Below the pieces are notes generated by a model. The model was not told the origin of the DNA. It did no database searches and saw nothing but the letters and a program-made list of their open reading frames with translations. Below, in pieces: positions 1-13,300 of a DNA stretch of 64,000 nt. Made by a program: the position numbers and the translations under genes. The DNA is from Schizochytrium sp. TIO01 (taxonomy: Eukaryota; Protista; Bigyra: Labyrinthulomycetes). The DNA lies in the NCBI GenBank assembly GCA_004764695.1, contig SMSO01000034.1:2728001-2792000 (forward strand), read 5' to 3'. Position 1 is the stretch's first letter, and each line of letters opens with the position of its first letter.

Positions 1-523
1 CTTTAGTTTGTGTATGAGAAAAATTGAGAGGAGCCATAGTCCTAATATTGACCATCTGATTGGTTTTGATTGTTCTGGGCACAAAATGATGTCGACCATT
101 TAAAATCATCTCCTGATAAAAATCAAATCTAAATAATTCCAGTATGCTTCTATCCTGGCGAGATCGTACTGGTCTTTTTGCAATTAAAAAATTGAAAAAT
201 AAATCGGCCGTGAAGAGCAAAAGTAATATCACGAGGAAATGGTTGAATGAAGCGTTCATACAAAATCTCCAAAATGAAGAAATGTGAGTCTAGTATGTTC
301 TTGTCACAATGAAAGAGACCAAGACACTGAAAAAGTGGAAAATCTAAGCATCTTTGCACTTTCAATTCTCTTCACGTTCTCACTTCTCTATGGCTACCAT
401 ATCTACACGCAATCAGTGCAGAGAAATTCCAATACATGTTTCGGTTGAATGCTTCTTATTCATTCTTTCTCACCTTTTCTAATTTTTAACACCAGAAGCT
501 CAACCTTTCTTGTGCTATACAGT

Positions 524-3196
524 CTAGGCTGATGACGAAGGGGACGAAGATGAGGAAGCAGCTGATTTTTTGTTCTGGCGGAGGATACTTTTGAAGCGGA
601 TTTTAACGCTATTCTCAGTACGTCCTGGAAGATACTTTGAAATCACAGCCCAGCGATTTCCATGTTCCTTTTGCTTTTCAACGATGATCCTATCCTCCTC
701 AGCTGTCCAGCCTCCCTTCTTAATGCTAGGATCGAGGTGGTTGGTGTAGCGCTCCCGACACTGTTTTGCGTTTCGCCCTTCGATCTCACGAGCCACATGG
801 CCCCAGTTCTTCGGATTTTGAGCTGCCAACATTAGCAGTCGTTGATCTTCTTCTGCAGTCCAATGTCCCTTTACGACTTGAGGGTCAAGTGCCTTTTTCC
901 AGCGTTGCAAGCATTGCACGTGGCTTCGACCTGGTACCTCTTCTGCAATGGCCTTCCAGTTCTTCTTTTGATGGCGCTCAACAGCCTTGCGTAGAAGCTC
1001 GTCTTCTGCATCAGTCCAGCGTCGAGGCGTTGCTGAAGGTTTTTCAGAGCGAACATATTCGCGTGTATTAACAGCGATATCTGGGCGCGGAAGGTCCTGT
1101 CCGAGATCGTTAGAATCGTCATCATCCTCATCCTCATCCTCATCCTCATCATCAACATTACTTTGCTGCATCTGCATCTGCATTTGCAACTGTTGCTGCT
1201 GCTGCTGCTGCTGAAGAGCTTTACTAGCAAGTAAAGCTTGTGCGCTAGTGACATTAGTGGAGGCTGAATTTGAAGAAGACGAGGAGGAAGACGAGGCTGA
1301 AGAGACCATTCGTGACGCTGACGGAACTGAGGACGACATCGAAGGGGGTTGCGCAGTTGCAAAGGAGCTCAGACCGAGACGCTGGGGGTCAAGAGTAAGT
1401 CCATTGAGGCCTGTAGATCCGGCGGCCCGAAGTTGTTGTTGTAAAGAGTTTAGGAGATTAGTGTCGTTCCATGCATTAGAGTTTGAGATACCTTGGCTTC
1501 CAAGATCACGGGTGAGGTCCTCCATGCGAGTTCGGTTTGTATCGCGGAAAGAGGTAAACTTTTGCATACTCTCAGGCCGCGAGCGTTTAGATCCCATATC
1601 TCCTCCACCAGCTCGGCTCGCAGATGCAGCACCGAAGTGAATGCTGCCCAAACCGCTCAAGGAGTTCAAATTGCTGCTGTTACTGGCAGAAGAACTGCTT
1701 CCGCCTGTACTAACCCCGTTCAGTTTTGTGTTATTCATCTGCCGAGATTGTGCCGCAGGTGGAATCGGCGGAACTGGGAACGGCGTATTGACATTACCAG
1801 AGTTGTTGATACCATTAGTATTGGAACCTGCGCCATTGCTGCTGCTTGAGATGCCCACACTACCACTTTCCACTGAAGAAATTGAAGGCGGAGCTTTGAG
1901 TCCGCCAGCATTAAGGTGAGAATTGTTAAGGCGAGACTGAGTTTCATGAAGTTGAGCTTGTTGTTGGCTGATGATCTTTTGGAGAGCTGCAAGTGTTTCT
2001 TGCGCATTCATAGTCGTGTTTGAACCGGAGTTAAAATTGAGATTCGACGTCATGTTGTGCTGCTGGGAGCCCATCCCAGTCGATGATGACTGGGAAATAT
2101 TGTTTGAGTTCAAGCCCTGTAAATTCATAAACATAGAAGCAGGAATCGAGACCTTTTGTTCTTGGTGCTCGATTCCAACCTGATGGTGTCGCTGCTGTTG
2201 TTGAGGCTGTTGTTGGTATGAGTGTTGTTGTTGTTGTTGCTGCTGCTGCTGCTGGTGACGCTGTTGCTGTTGTGTTTTGTTGAGAAGCTCCTGAATCTGT
2301 GCAAGAGATTCCCGGGAGAGCGCGGCCAAACTGTTGGCCGATGAATTGTCACTACCACTGTTGGATGAAGAAGATGGTGTGAAAGGAGGTGGGGTTGCGC
2401 CCACCATGGCAGAGGGTGGAGGGGGTGGTGGTGCCTGGAACATGCTTGGCTGAAATCCAGTGGTGCTGCTGGAGCCATTTCCACCAAGTTTAAGTCCGCT
2501 GCTGGAACCAAGGGATGCGAAGTTGGAAGCCTGGCCTTGGCCTTGTGTCATGTTAAGACGTTGAAGTTTCTTGGATATCTTCTCTTGCTTCACTTTATCC
2601 TCCATGTCACGCAGATAATTTGCTGGGTTAAGCGAGGCGTTTGTTGCGGACATTTGGTTTGCGCGGCGGTCTGCGTCCATATCTTGGATTTTGCGGACTG
2701 TTTCGGCACGGTTTTGTTCGAGGACTCGGCATTGCAAGACATTACGAAGCGCAGCACCTCCGTCGCGCTCCATGTTCTCCAAAGCAAACATCGTCTCCTT
2801 ATCATCTTGCATGAGGAGATCCTTCAACACACTCTTGTACCCAGTGTCAGATATCATCGTCGAAGCCTTCCGAACCAAACCTGCGAGTGCTGATGACTTC
2901 TGACCTTGTGATTCAAAGTGGAGGGTGTCTTTAAGGTTGCTGTCGCTCTTGAGCCGTTGGAAGGAACGTGTCAGATCATCAAGTCGGCGGCTCGTGTAGG
3001 CGTCAGCGGCGTTTTGCACATTGACTCGAGAAAGGTGGACCTCGGAATTGCTCTGTTCTGTCTGTTCAATCTGACGTCTAATTTTCTCCAAGACAGCATC
3101 TTGCTTTGCAAGCTCCTCAGCTAGTCTCATACGTTGCAAGGCAGCTTGATGTTCGGCTGCTTTGAGCTCTTCTTTTTCGCGAAGACTGGTCTCCAT
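524..3196 (-). CDS. R1R2R3 (3R) MYB transcription factor with the DNA-binding repeats at the C-terminus; N-terminal coiled-coil plus long Q/S/N-rich low-complexity region
   Basis: Three tandem MYB repeats at about 575-1024: RRWTDAEDELL...NWKAIAEEVPGRSHVQCLQRW, KGHWTAEED...NWGHVA...GRNAKQCRERY, KKGGWTAEED...GNRWAVISKYLPGRTENSVK. The ORF track starts at TTG 3214; the first ATG is at 3196 (890 aa). No intron is needed in the CDS. Confidence 0.93.
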   Translation of the reverse strand: METSLREKEELKAAEHQAALQRMRLAEELAKQDAVLEKIRRQIEQTEQSNSEVHLSRVNVQNAADAYTSRRLDDLTRSFQRLKSDSNLKDTLHFESQGQKSSALAGLVRKASTMISDTGYKSVLKDLLMQDDKETMFALENMERDGGAALRNVLQCRVLEQNRAETVRKIQDMDADRRANQMSATNASLNPANYLRDMEDKVKQEKISKKLQRLNMTQGQGQASNFASLGSSSGLKLGGNGSSSTTGFQPSMFQAPPPPPPSAMVGATPPPFTPSSSSNSGSDNSSANSLAALSRESLAQIQELLNKTQQQQRHQQQQQQQQQQHSYQQQPQQQQRHHQVGIEHQEQKVSIPASMFMNLQGLNSNNISQSSSTGMGSQQHNMTSNLNFNSGSNTTMNAQETLAALQKIISQQQAQLHETQSRLNNSHLNAGGLKAPPSISSVESGSVGISSSSNGAGSNTNGINNSGNVNTPFPVPPIPPAAQSRQMNNTKLNGVSTGGSSSSASNSSNLNSLSGLGSIHFGAASASRAGGGDMGSKRSRPESMQKFTSFRDTNRTRMEDLTRDLGSQGISNSNAWNDTNLLNSLQQQLRAAGSTGLNGLTLDPQRLGLSSFATAQPPSMSSSVPSASRMVSSASSSSSSSSNSASTNVTSAQALLASKALQQQQQQQQLQMQMQMQQSNVDDEDEDEDEDDDDSNDLGQDLPRPDIAVNTREYVRSEKPSATPRRWTDAEDELLRKAVERHQKKNWKAIAEEVPGRSHVQCLQRWKKALDPQVVKGHWTAEEDQRLLMLAAQNPKNWGHVAREIEGRNAKQCRERYTNHLDPSIKKGGWTAEEDRIIVEKQKEHGNRWAVISKYLPGRTENSVKIRFKSILRQNKKSAASSSSSPSSSA

Positions 3197-4882
3197 CTTG
3201 GCGAGTTCGTGCAATGGATTCGGTCAGTCAGCTCAGCAACGTGTTGTGATGATCAATTATTCTGCACAAACTCCTTCAAACTGAGAAACCAATATCTCTG
3301 CGTATGAGCAAATGGTGGAAAATATATATAGGCGATGAAAGATGGTGGTCTCCTCTTCGAAACCACAAAGGTTGAACGTCCAGTGCTAGCTAGTAGACAC
3401 ACAATCACTCACTCTAAGAGACAAGCGAAGCAAAGCCTGCCTGACAGACTTGGTGAGCGTATGATAGATCAATCAAGTCTATGAATGAGAGAAATCTGAG
3501 CGAGTGGACCGCGGAGTACTTGAACAACTTAGAGGGGAAGACAGAGTTGAGGATCACAAGCGATGAGTAATGAGCTCTTGCTATAGGATGACTAGTGCAG
3601 CAAGAAGCGAGAAAAGGAAGAACACGTCTCCACTCCTCTCAGGTCCCGAACTAGCGTCAGCAGGAGCTTGATGGCTTGTCTTCGTGCTCTCGTATGTCTG
3701 CGCGTCTTTCTTCGAGGCTCTTCGTTTTTCGCCTCTCTTTCCCGCGGGCGAGCTTGCTCAGTAGTTATTGATCGGAGTTGCCGTGGTTTGTTGCGTACTT
3801 GCGCGTGCTTGTTATTTGCACAAAGTCGCCGCAGGCGCAGAAGAAGGACTGACTGCCGAAGAGAGTGGGGAAGGGGGGACGAGCGTCTGATAGTAATCAG
3901 GAAGGATAGGATGAAGAAGGGAAGGGCACGAGAGAGAGGTACGGCGTGCCTCGCCCTCTCGCGGCGCCACACTCGTCTCTGTTGATTGTTTTTTGCTTTC
4001 GCTTCAGTCTTTTCTTTGCTTTGCTTTGCTTTGCGTTGCCTGTCTCATTTGCCTTTTTCCCTTCTATAAACAAAAAAGTAATGACAACATCCTTTTTTTT
4101 TCTTTTTTCTTTTTCAAAGAACAAAGTTTTGTGTTGGTCACTGATATTTAATCAATACTGCTATCTCCTACTCTTGGCGAAAAGTTATGAACGAAGTTTT
4201 ACTTCTTTTTTTAAATTAACAGAAAATTGATTTTTTAAAATAATATTTATGATAATAATAAAACTCATCCCAATTTTCCGATCTAAGAATCTAAATATAC
4301 CCATTTCTTTCGATGGTGTACGAAACTTGTGATTCTGCTTCTGTAATCTAGCTTAAGCTCTGTGTCTCTGCACACCTATCGCACTCTCTGCTTCGTTTGT
4401 GCTCATATATGCTGCGCCTGACTGACTATCTTACTGCTAGCTGTAATTGCCGTCCTCCTTTTTGATGACCTTTCATTCGTTATATCATTCGCGGCAACTT
4501 AATATTTGATACATCCATAGTTGATTTAGGGAGAGCACGCATGAGAGAAGGAAACATTCTTCTTTTCTTCTTCTTTTTTCTTTTAAAAGTATATACATAT
4601 GAATAACGCGAAATAGTTTTTGTATTTTTAAGGAAGTCGGAGGACTGGGAGAAATTCACGAATTTAAGTTAGTATTATCAATTTCCAATTTTCCTTTTCT
4701 CTCTCATTGTGTACACATATATACAATATATATCTATATATATATATATATTGTCTTTCCATTTTTGGGTAGGTGTAAAGGAAAGAAACTGGAGTTCATT
4801 ATTATTTTTTAGCAATACCTGCATATAGCTAGCTATCCATCCCTATTAGGTGTTATACCATGCAATGCATGGTATGATGCTT

Positions 4883-4928
4883 TGGATGGATGGATGAATG
4901 GATGGATGGATGGATGTATGTATGTATG
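4883..4928. repeat. Compound (TGGA)n(TGTA)n microsatellite
   Basis: Directly visible tetranucleotide runs. Confidence 0.9.
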
Positions 4929-5133
4929 AACAGCCTTGGCACTCGAGTGTCAACGATCGCTGCTCCATCCTCACTGAGCTTGTTTGTTTTCTTGCCATGG
5001 TCATGGCTTGAGCGTAGAACTCATGAGGAGCTGCGAACGCCGTCAAGTTGGGCATGGCTTACTTTCTTGAAACTTTCAAGCCAGTTTCCAAAGCCACAAA
5101 GCGAGAAAGAGAAGCACAAAGAGCCTCTGCAAT

Positions 5134-5192
5134 GTGAGCGAGTGAGCGAGTGAGCGAGTGAGTGAGTGAGTGAGTGAGTGAGTGAGTGAGTG
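5134..5192. repeat. (GTGA/GCGA)n microsatellite
   Basis: Directly visible run of GAGT/GAGC units. Confidence 0.9.
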
Positions 5193-5286
5193 CTTAATAC
5201 AGAGAGCCTGTTTCTTGAAAGGCATATTATATATGTCAAATGCAGATCATGGATCCAGAATGACCAGAGTCGTCACCTTCATCAGT

Positions 5287-5320
5287 CAGAGGCCGATTGA
5301 TCAGAAGAGGCCGATTGGAT
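5287..5320 (-). promoter_or_regulatory. Duplicated CCAAT-like element (AGAGGCCGATTG x2), candidate distal promoter of the MYB gene
   Basis: 12-bp direct repeat reading (C/T)CAATCGGCCTCT on the minus strand, next to CTA/TAG-rich and pyrimidine tracts, about 2.1 kb upstream of the MYB ATG. Function is inferred. Confidence 0.3.
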
Positions 5321-5443
5321 AAGTAAGTCAGAGAAGAATCGCTGCGCAGTTGATAGCTGATCTTTATGGGCCAACTCTCGTTATGGCAGTCTACTAACTA
5401 ACTTTAACTAGTAACTAGCTATATACTTGACTGGAGTGCTGAC

Positions 5444-5444
5444 T

Positions 5445-5479
<35 letters not shown>
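5444..5479. repeat. (CTTT)n microsatellite
   Basis: Directly visible. Confidence 0.9.
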
Positions 5480-8400
5480 ATATTTCTATATTTCTCTCTT
5501 TTAACTAAGAGGAAACAGGAAAAGCGGCAGAGTGGGTTCTAGGTACTTGAGTAGCTGAGTCTTAGAGGGCTTTGCATTTCCAGGCTTCACGGCAGGTTTT
5601 CATCAGGTTCAGTCAGGAAAGCCTGTGTTCCTTCTATTAGTTCTTCTTCTATTCTTTTGGTTTGGGTTGTTCTCCTTTAGAACTCACGTTGATTCTTTCT
5701 TCGTGGCCCTCTTTTGCATATTAGATCAACTGGAAGGCCAATCCATGGCAGATGAGCGAAGTTCTTCCCACGCACAAAGACAGTGCTGTTCTGGACTGCA
5801 TCCATTTACTGCTATTTTTATTAGTCAAAACTTTCCACTTTCTTTATCTCCTTTTGCTTGGTAGTAGTGGAGGACATTATTGAATATACATTTAATTACA
5901 ATTAATTATATTTTTGTTGTTTACTTTTTGTAATTTAATAAACAACTTACAGTAAAAGAAACAATAAAGATAAAACAGTATTTTAAAAAAAAAAAAAAAT
6001 CATTAGTCATTCCATACTGTTTTAAAATGCCATCCTTAGTAAATCCTTTTGTTGGACAAACGAAAGTGATGAAAGGACTGACGAAAGGATGTGAGTAAGT
6101 TTTTCTCCAGTCCTGCAAAGATGGAAACCACTGTTCGCATCTTTTTTAATTCGCCCGATATCAACAACAGCGGGCATCCCTTCATTACCTGTACCTTTCT
6201 GAAAACCTGATAGAGTTCACCTTATAGCTGCACTTTTCAACCGCTTGTCAAACGTCTCCTCCATAGGTTTTGCTAAGTTGTTCTTCTTTACTTCGCTTCG
6301 TGTTATCTTCTTTTTCTTTTTAGCCTTGCTACCTGGAACCACTGATTCATGGCAGGTATAAGTGGGCCAAACTACACAATACACTTTCTTTGTTTGTGTG
6401 TTTCAACTTGAGATGGTACCTAAGGAAAAGGACGAAATCAATAAATATAGTAGATAAAGACCCTATATACTATATAATTCTGTTAAACCTTTTGTTTTTA
6501 GTTAAAATACAAATAATAAATAAATAATACAATGAGGTGAGCAGCGCCTACTAAAGTAGCTGGCGACTTGAGTTGGATAGAAAACCTCAGCTTCACGGCT
6601 GTGAATGGAGTGTCTGTCTCTGCTTTGGCAATGGATGAGCCAGGTCCGTGGTTTTCAAAGAAGAAGAAGAAACAACAGGAATGACTAACAAATAGCTACC
6701 TAATTAATTGTAGGTGATAACCCTGACTTTCTGGTCAATAATGTTGTGGCTTATTTCACTCTTTCACATGGAAGCGATGGCGTATTCTAGGCTATTTATT
6801 CTTCTTCCTTCCTTCTTTCTTCCTTTCTTTCTTTCTCTCTCTCTGTACGCCAGCAATAAGATGAAAGAATAAACAAAGGACGATCAATCTCATTGGGTTC
6901 TTTCAGAGTCTTTCATAGATCATAGAGGATGAGTCACTCTATGCGGAATGAGGAATGCCACCAATTAGGATGGAACTGTTTCCTACTGGCCTTTCTTTGG
7001 CCACCGCTGCGGTGCCACACAGAACACTGGAGCAGGGCTTCGAAAAACGAAAAGGAAAAACAAAAGCAGAAACATGAAAACAAAATTTAAACAAACTTTT
7101 CCTTTCTTTTCTTTTCCGCTAGAAAGGTGCAGCCAACCTACCTTCAGGCAGGAAGTCCTACCTACCTATATAGGAACATCTCACTTCCATTTTATTGGCA
7201 GCTCAGCTCGACTTTGACATATCGATTGGCCCCACCGTCTCCCCCGCTTCCACTCATCCTGGGCTAAGGTTGCGTGCCTGAGTCTCTCAAGCATTTTAGT
7301 GTTTTCGATCATGACTATTGGGAATGTCCCCAATTCTTTGTTAATTCTTGCACATTGATTGTACATTCGAGAATGTGCATAGAAATTTAGTAGGTAGTAC
7401 AAACATCACATAACTTTTTCGTGGGAAGGTACAAGGCTTGTGCAGTGGATCTTGAACGGAACGTTCGGAGTCTGAGGTCGCTGTAACTATAAGCTAATTT
7501 ATGCTTGCAATGTAATTTACACAAGGGTGACATGAATACTTTGGCATAGCAGCTCGCTTGCAAATGAAGGTCCACAGAGTATAGATGAATCTTCTTCAGC
7601 TGCTAGAAGATGATACAGTGAAGATTATACACGAGCATGTATCACTTTAAAATAAGGATTTGTCTTAGGTACCATGATTCATGTTCGATTAAAGATTATG
7701 ATAGCGAAATTCTTGCAATATTTCGACAACGCTATGGGCAGAAAGTAAATTGTTAGCAAACAGCGTAAATGAGCTTTATTGGGAAACTTTATCTATTACG
7801 TTAAAGTGATGGTCATCTAGGGAGGTTGTATAGCCAGAATGACTCAGCTATTTAGATTCATATTGAAAATTAAGGATCAGAGACTCTGCGCTCTTTAAAA
7901 ATGCATGTCTAAAGATAGATTTCATGTTGATTATTTTATTTTTCTGAGGGTTTCATGACTAATCAGTACAATGCCCAAAAATAGTGTCTTATAATTATTA
8001 CCAGATAACTCGCATTGAAAGTGCTATTGTGGAATGTGAACCGCTTTAAAGCAGTAGGGGAACAGGCAGCTTGGTTTTGCATTTAGTTTTATTCAGTTAC
8101 TTAATTTTGCTAGTGTGTCTTAGTGTATTCATATTCACTGATTTGAAACAGTCTCTATCTCTGAGAGCTGGTCCAAGTGGGCAGGCCTTTCCTTCCCTTC
8201 ATCAACACTTGTCCTTTTTTTCTTTTCTTTTTAAATAATAACAATTGGATTTTTAATTTTTTAACTTTAAACCAAAAATGATTTTTTATATTCTTTTATG
8301 ATTTAGAAATATAACGCAAGGCATACATATCTAGGTCCTGCATTGCAGTATGCAAAGCACAATCACTGCGTGACATTGGACTTGTCTTAATTGCCATAGC

Positions 8401-10302
8401 ACTATTGGATTTTCCCACTCAGTAGTTTAACTCGCTAAACGAGGAAGAAGGAAGCCACGGGGCGTCCAATTGCACAGCAGGGCCTTTTTCTCTTTCTTTT
8501 TTTTCCCCACTCTTTTCATGAACGTGTTTTCCTCGCCTTCTTTCTATTTCATCGTGCAAGCAAGCGCGCAAATGTGGACCCTTGAGAATGGCTCTCTGGG
8601 CGCTCAGGCCACCAGGCTGACAATCTGTCAGAGAGTGCCCAACCATGACTTCAAAAGGGGGTAATGGGCTAATCAGTGAGTGAGCATCATGAAATGAAGG
8701 GTGACAGGTGGCAGTGTCGTATTTTCCTTCTTTCTGTTTTTGAAATATACTCAGTGCAGCCGTTTGGCAACACCATGTAAAGTATAGAAGAGAACCGTCT
8801 CCAATACCCACTGTCAGTTTTTTTTTTCAGTTTAAAGCTTTTTTCTTTTTTAAAGCAATTATTGATAGTATTGATAGTCCCTGCTTCATTTCTTCACAAA
8901 GTTCTAACTCTGCGATTAATTTATTTCATCCTTCGTTAAGAAACCTACTCCAGGCAATATATGTATCAATCAGCACTGCGACTGTCAAAGCTGATTCGCC
9001 TACATAAACATGTCCATCCACCAACCAGGTCACGATGGATGTCTATGTCTATTGCTGTATGCATTCTTTATTTTCAGTCATGATCATGATCATAATAATT
9101 ATTATTATTTTAAAATAATGAGAATAAAGCAGGTGGGCATTTCTTTTTCTTTTTACCATTAGATACTCTTCATTTTAATAAAACACTATGATTAGCAACT
9201 AAGTATAACTTGCGTATATTCATTGCTGATTATGGATCTCGATAGTGCTCCTCTTTATCTGTGCTTGCTTCTAACAAAATGAAATAAAACAATTGCCTAT
9301 TTCCTATAACAAAGTACTCATAAAACTAATAGTGGAAGAATGGAGTACCTAGCGTCGCGTTAGGCTTGGTACTTCTTGAGGTCTCAATTGCTGATCATCT
9401 TCTGTGTCGCCGAGACTCTTGAGCCGAGGCTCAAGATAAGCATTCTAAAGTAAGGATATATCTTTGTTTATTGACATCGATAAGTTACCAGTGGCCTATC
9501 GTCCATGACAATGCGTTTCCATGACATTGTGGATACCCAATGAAATCCAGGAAATGAATTCTCTATACATAGCCAACAGACAGCTCAGATGCCGCTAAGC
9601 ATGACAACACTATGCAATAACTTCAACTTGCAGGCATTCACTTACATACATGCCAGTAACTCACACACTTAAGGGTAGTTACAAGTAGAAGAACTGCATA
9701 TATAGAGAGATCTGGCTTCTGATAAGTCCCGGGAGAGAGAGAGCATCAGTGCTTGGATCCATCTACCTGTCTTTAGAAAATCATTCTTATGGATCTTGTT
9801 CTCTGGATCGCACTTCACCGTTCTTCAAGGTTGGCGAAGAAAGGCTTGAAAGATGATGGTACCATCATGATTAAGAAAAAATAGTATATTATCTTAATGC
9901 GACTAATCATTTCATCAGAAACTCAAGTACAAAGTTAGCAAAATATTCCTATGCAGGCTAGGTAGGCACTTACGAGTCTTTCTGCAAATTCGACTCGTTA
10001 ATGAAATGAATTGGCTATTGCAGCAATCTTTCCCCTTCGCAACATATTCATGTCATTAGACAACGCTAAAATTTCCTTCTTCTGATCTGTATGTTTCGCT
10101 TTCCAACAGGAAATACAGGAAAAACCAGGAATGAATCTTTTAAAGGCAATTTGGAGAGTTGTTGGCTTTTTCCTCTTTTCTTTTCTTTTCTTTCGAGCTT
10201 TTTATTTCATAGAGTTGTTTTTTCCAAGTTATTCTCCTCGGTTCTCGAATGACGAATGCCACAAGTAGAACTTTGCAGTATGATCAGAAACTATTTATCT
10301 CA

Positions 10303-10334
10303 GCAAAATAGAGTCATTGCAAAATAGAGTCATT
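10303..10334. repeat. Perfect 16-bp tandem duplication GCAAAATAGAGTCATT x2
   Basis: Directly visible at 10303-10318 and 10319-10334. Confidence 0.9.
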
Positions 10335-13300
10335 GGCAAAGGGACGAGCAAACGAGAGATGACCACGCAACCAGACCAGAAAAAAATTATAATCTCTGAA
10401 AGAAAGGTTACTATGGTTGGTGTTTCGCCACAATTTATTCTGTTCTGACCAACCTAGGATCTTGATGAACGTTCCTCACTCCCAACCAAAACAGCGGTAA
10501 AAAGCCCCAAGAAAATTGCATCATGCAAATCGAGAAAAGCAAGTGAATAGCAAATGAAAGAATAGCAAAGGCGCAAGCTTCCCAAAGAATCAGAGAAAAT
10601 TATATTCTTATCTATGTTCCCTTTGATCATAATACCAGCATCATCATGATGTCTCCAAGGTGAGTGACTTGCTTATCCGTTTATTGAGGGAGGGATTATT
10701 TTCTGAAGCGATGTGCAGAGCCCACCTTGTTTTATTTTTATTTTATTTTTTTCAAAACTTTCTCACTTTCCCCTTACATGCTACTTTCCTTTTCTTTTCC
10801 TTTTCTTTTTTAAACGTTTTTAATTTTATTTATTTTAAGTGCTTGCGTGAGAGATGAGAAGAAAACCTCTCCCAGGAGATTTCCGCGTCGCCCTCTCACA
10901 TTTCGAAAGAAGAAGCAAGAGGCATTTTCGTAAAGCAAGTTAGCACAAGACGTGAACGGGGCACACAAAGAACGGACACTGCTGACAAGTTTGCTCTAGG
11001 TGGTTCCCATTGCCAGTATAGATTGCTGCTGCTTAACTTTCGCAACTTAAAGCCATGATATTAGACCTCCAAGAACGCATAACGCTTGTAATACTCACAG
11101 AGTTTTATACACGCATTGCTGCTCTTCAGAAAATTCTGAAGGCACTTTGATAAGATGTTTGGTTTAATACTTCGTGCTTCAAAAGTTTGCAAAAGAGCGC
11201 CTCTCCCCAACAGTAAACACGCGTGAGTGTGCATCTCCCTTCTTTTTTTTTTCTAATAAATACCTACTAGGTAGGTACTATAGATTGTAGATATAGATAG
11301 TTAAGAATTGAGGCTCTTCCTATTGAATTGACGGTTGCCCGGTTTCATGTCAGGTCAGTTGTCTCTCATTTTATTTTTTTAATGTAGCTGTTTGCTCATC
11401 TATTTATTTTTGATATCATAACTTCAGCTGCATTTAAAGATGCAGTTTGTCATGAATGATATTCTTCTAAAGAGGCAGTCGAAGGATCCGGAGTGATGTT
11501 CTTAGCTTTGAAACTTAAAAAATATAAAGTAACAAGGGGCGCCATGGCCATTACTACAAACCTAGTGCTACTAGTCAACACCTACTCTGTTAGCTTATAT
11601 AGGTATATCCAGACGAAATTGTGCATCCTTTTGTACATATATTGTTGTGAAAGATGAAAAAGGCTTTTAGTTGCTCTTCTTCTCTTTCGTTTTTAGATTA
11701 AAAACTATATTATATCATGATTATATTATTATACAGTAGCTAGTAGATAAAAAGGAGTGAGAATAATATGATGTGTTATTAATTTTTAAGATAAGAGCAA
11801 GCAAGTATTTTCCCTCCTTGTTCTTAAGTATTACATCTATAACTAAGCATGATCCTGACTTTTATTAGAGAAAAAAAAAAAAAACTTTTTGGCAATGATT
11901 GTATAATAAAGGAATGAAAACTGCCGGGGATGGAAGTGTGGACTGAGTCAACTATTTCTAATTATTTAATACAATATAAAACTTTAGGAATTTATATTGC
12001 TGGGTGGCAGGAGATAGATTGCGATTCTATGGGGGAGGACTGTTTTATTCGATTATATAGGGTGGTACTCAAGTTGAAAAGGAGAGCTACAATCCTGGAG
12101 ATTAGTGCGTCATTGATCTTTCTCCCGGCATACTATCATAATCAAAGCCAACTACATGGAGCCATGAGTGCGATTTCGCTTTCTTTCAATTTTTATTCTT
12201 TTAGGATTATGATAGTATTAAGTATTATGATAGGGAAGCTTGGAGCTATGAATGACCATGGATCTAGTCGCTGTCAAAGGCCAAATACACTCTCTCAGCC
12301 AGACACCCTCAGTTGGGCGGTATAAGCAACGGCCCGCAAAAAACGAAGATAAAGGCTTTTGCAGTGATTCTTTTTTTTTTTTTTTTTTCTATGTTCATGA
12401 TCCTCCGCTCCTTCTTCTGTATCGATCGAGCCATTTGTAGGTGACCAAGAACAACTTTCTCCTAGTCCTAGAGAGGAGAGGGGAAATATTGATAGCTGCT
12501 CTGTCTCCAATCAAAATATAGCGAATCGCATCACAACAATCGCCATGAACGGAGGTCTGTTAAGGCTGCTCTTTGATTGATGTCTCTTCCTTCCCTCCTT
12601 TCATCCTTCGAATAGTCCTTAGAACATACGTGCTTCTGAATGCATTCCAAATTTGCAAACAACAAACCAAACAATCTGCTATGTTCCTCTCCCTGCTCTT
12701 CTTTCCTTCTAACTTATCTAAACCAATTCGAGCCGCCTTATTCCGTTTTTCCCTCTCACGTAATTGGGTGTTTAGAGTCATCGCAAAGCTTTTTCGTGTT
12801 ATCTAGCTGGTTGTTGTAGAAGTTCTCATTCTGAAGTCCAATATTACCCATAAGTCGACTTGGTACTATAATACTAGTTATGTATCACTACTTTCAGTAA
12901 CTTTTTACTTGGTAAGAATAAATTGAAAGAACAGCGAATCTGATGTCAACAAATCTACTACTCTCCATGTTTTCTTCTTATATTTCATCCTCAATGAAAT
13001 GCCTACACGACTGACTACCACTACTACTTTCCTGAAACCTGTGAAAACGTAAGGTCACAGCTGCGCCATCTATAAGAGATAGGCACCATGCTCTGCCCTG
13101 ACTTCTTTAGAACCCTTACTTGGGTTTTGCTGATGTCGCATTGCCTCGCTAGAGAAGAGAATCGGGAGAGAGCCATATTCCCCGACTGATACCATCCTTT
13201 ATTTATAGTGAATCAAGCAAACCTTGTCTTGGCAATTGCGACATAAACGTATAATTGGTGGACTTGTTGCTCAAACTACTTGCAAAAATGGCGCCAGATA

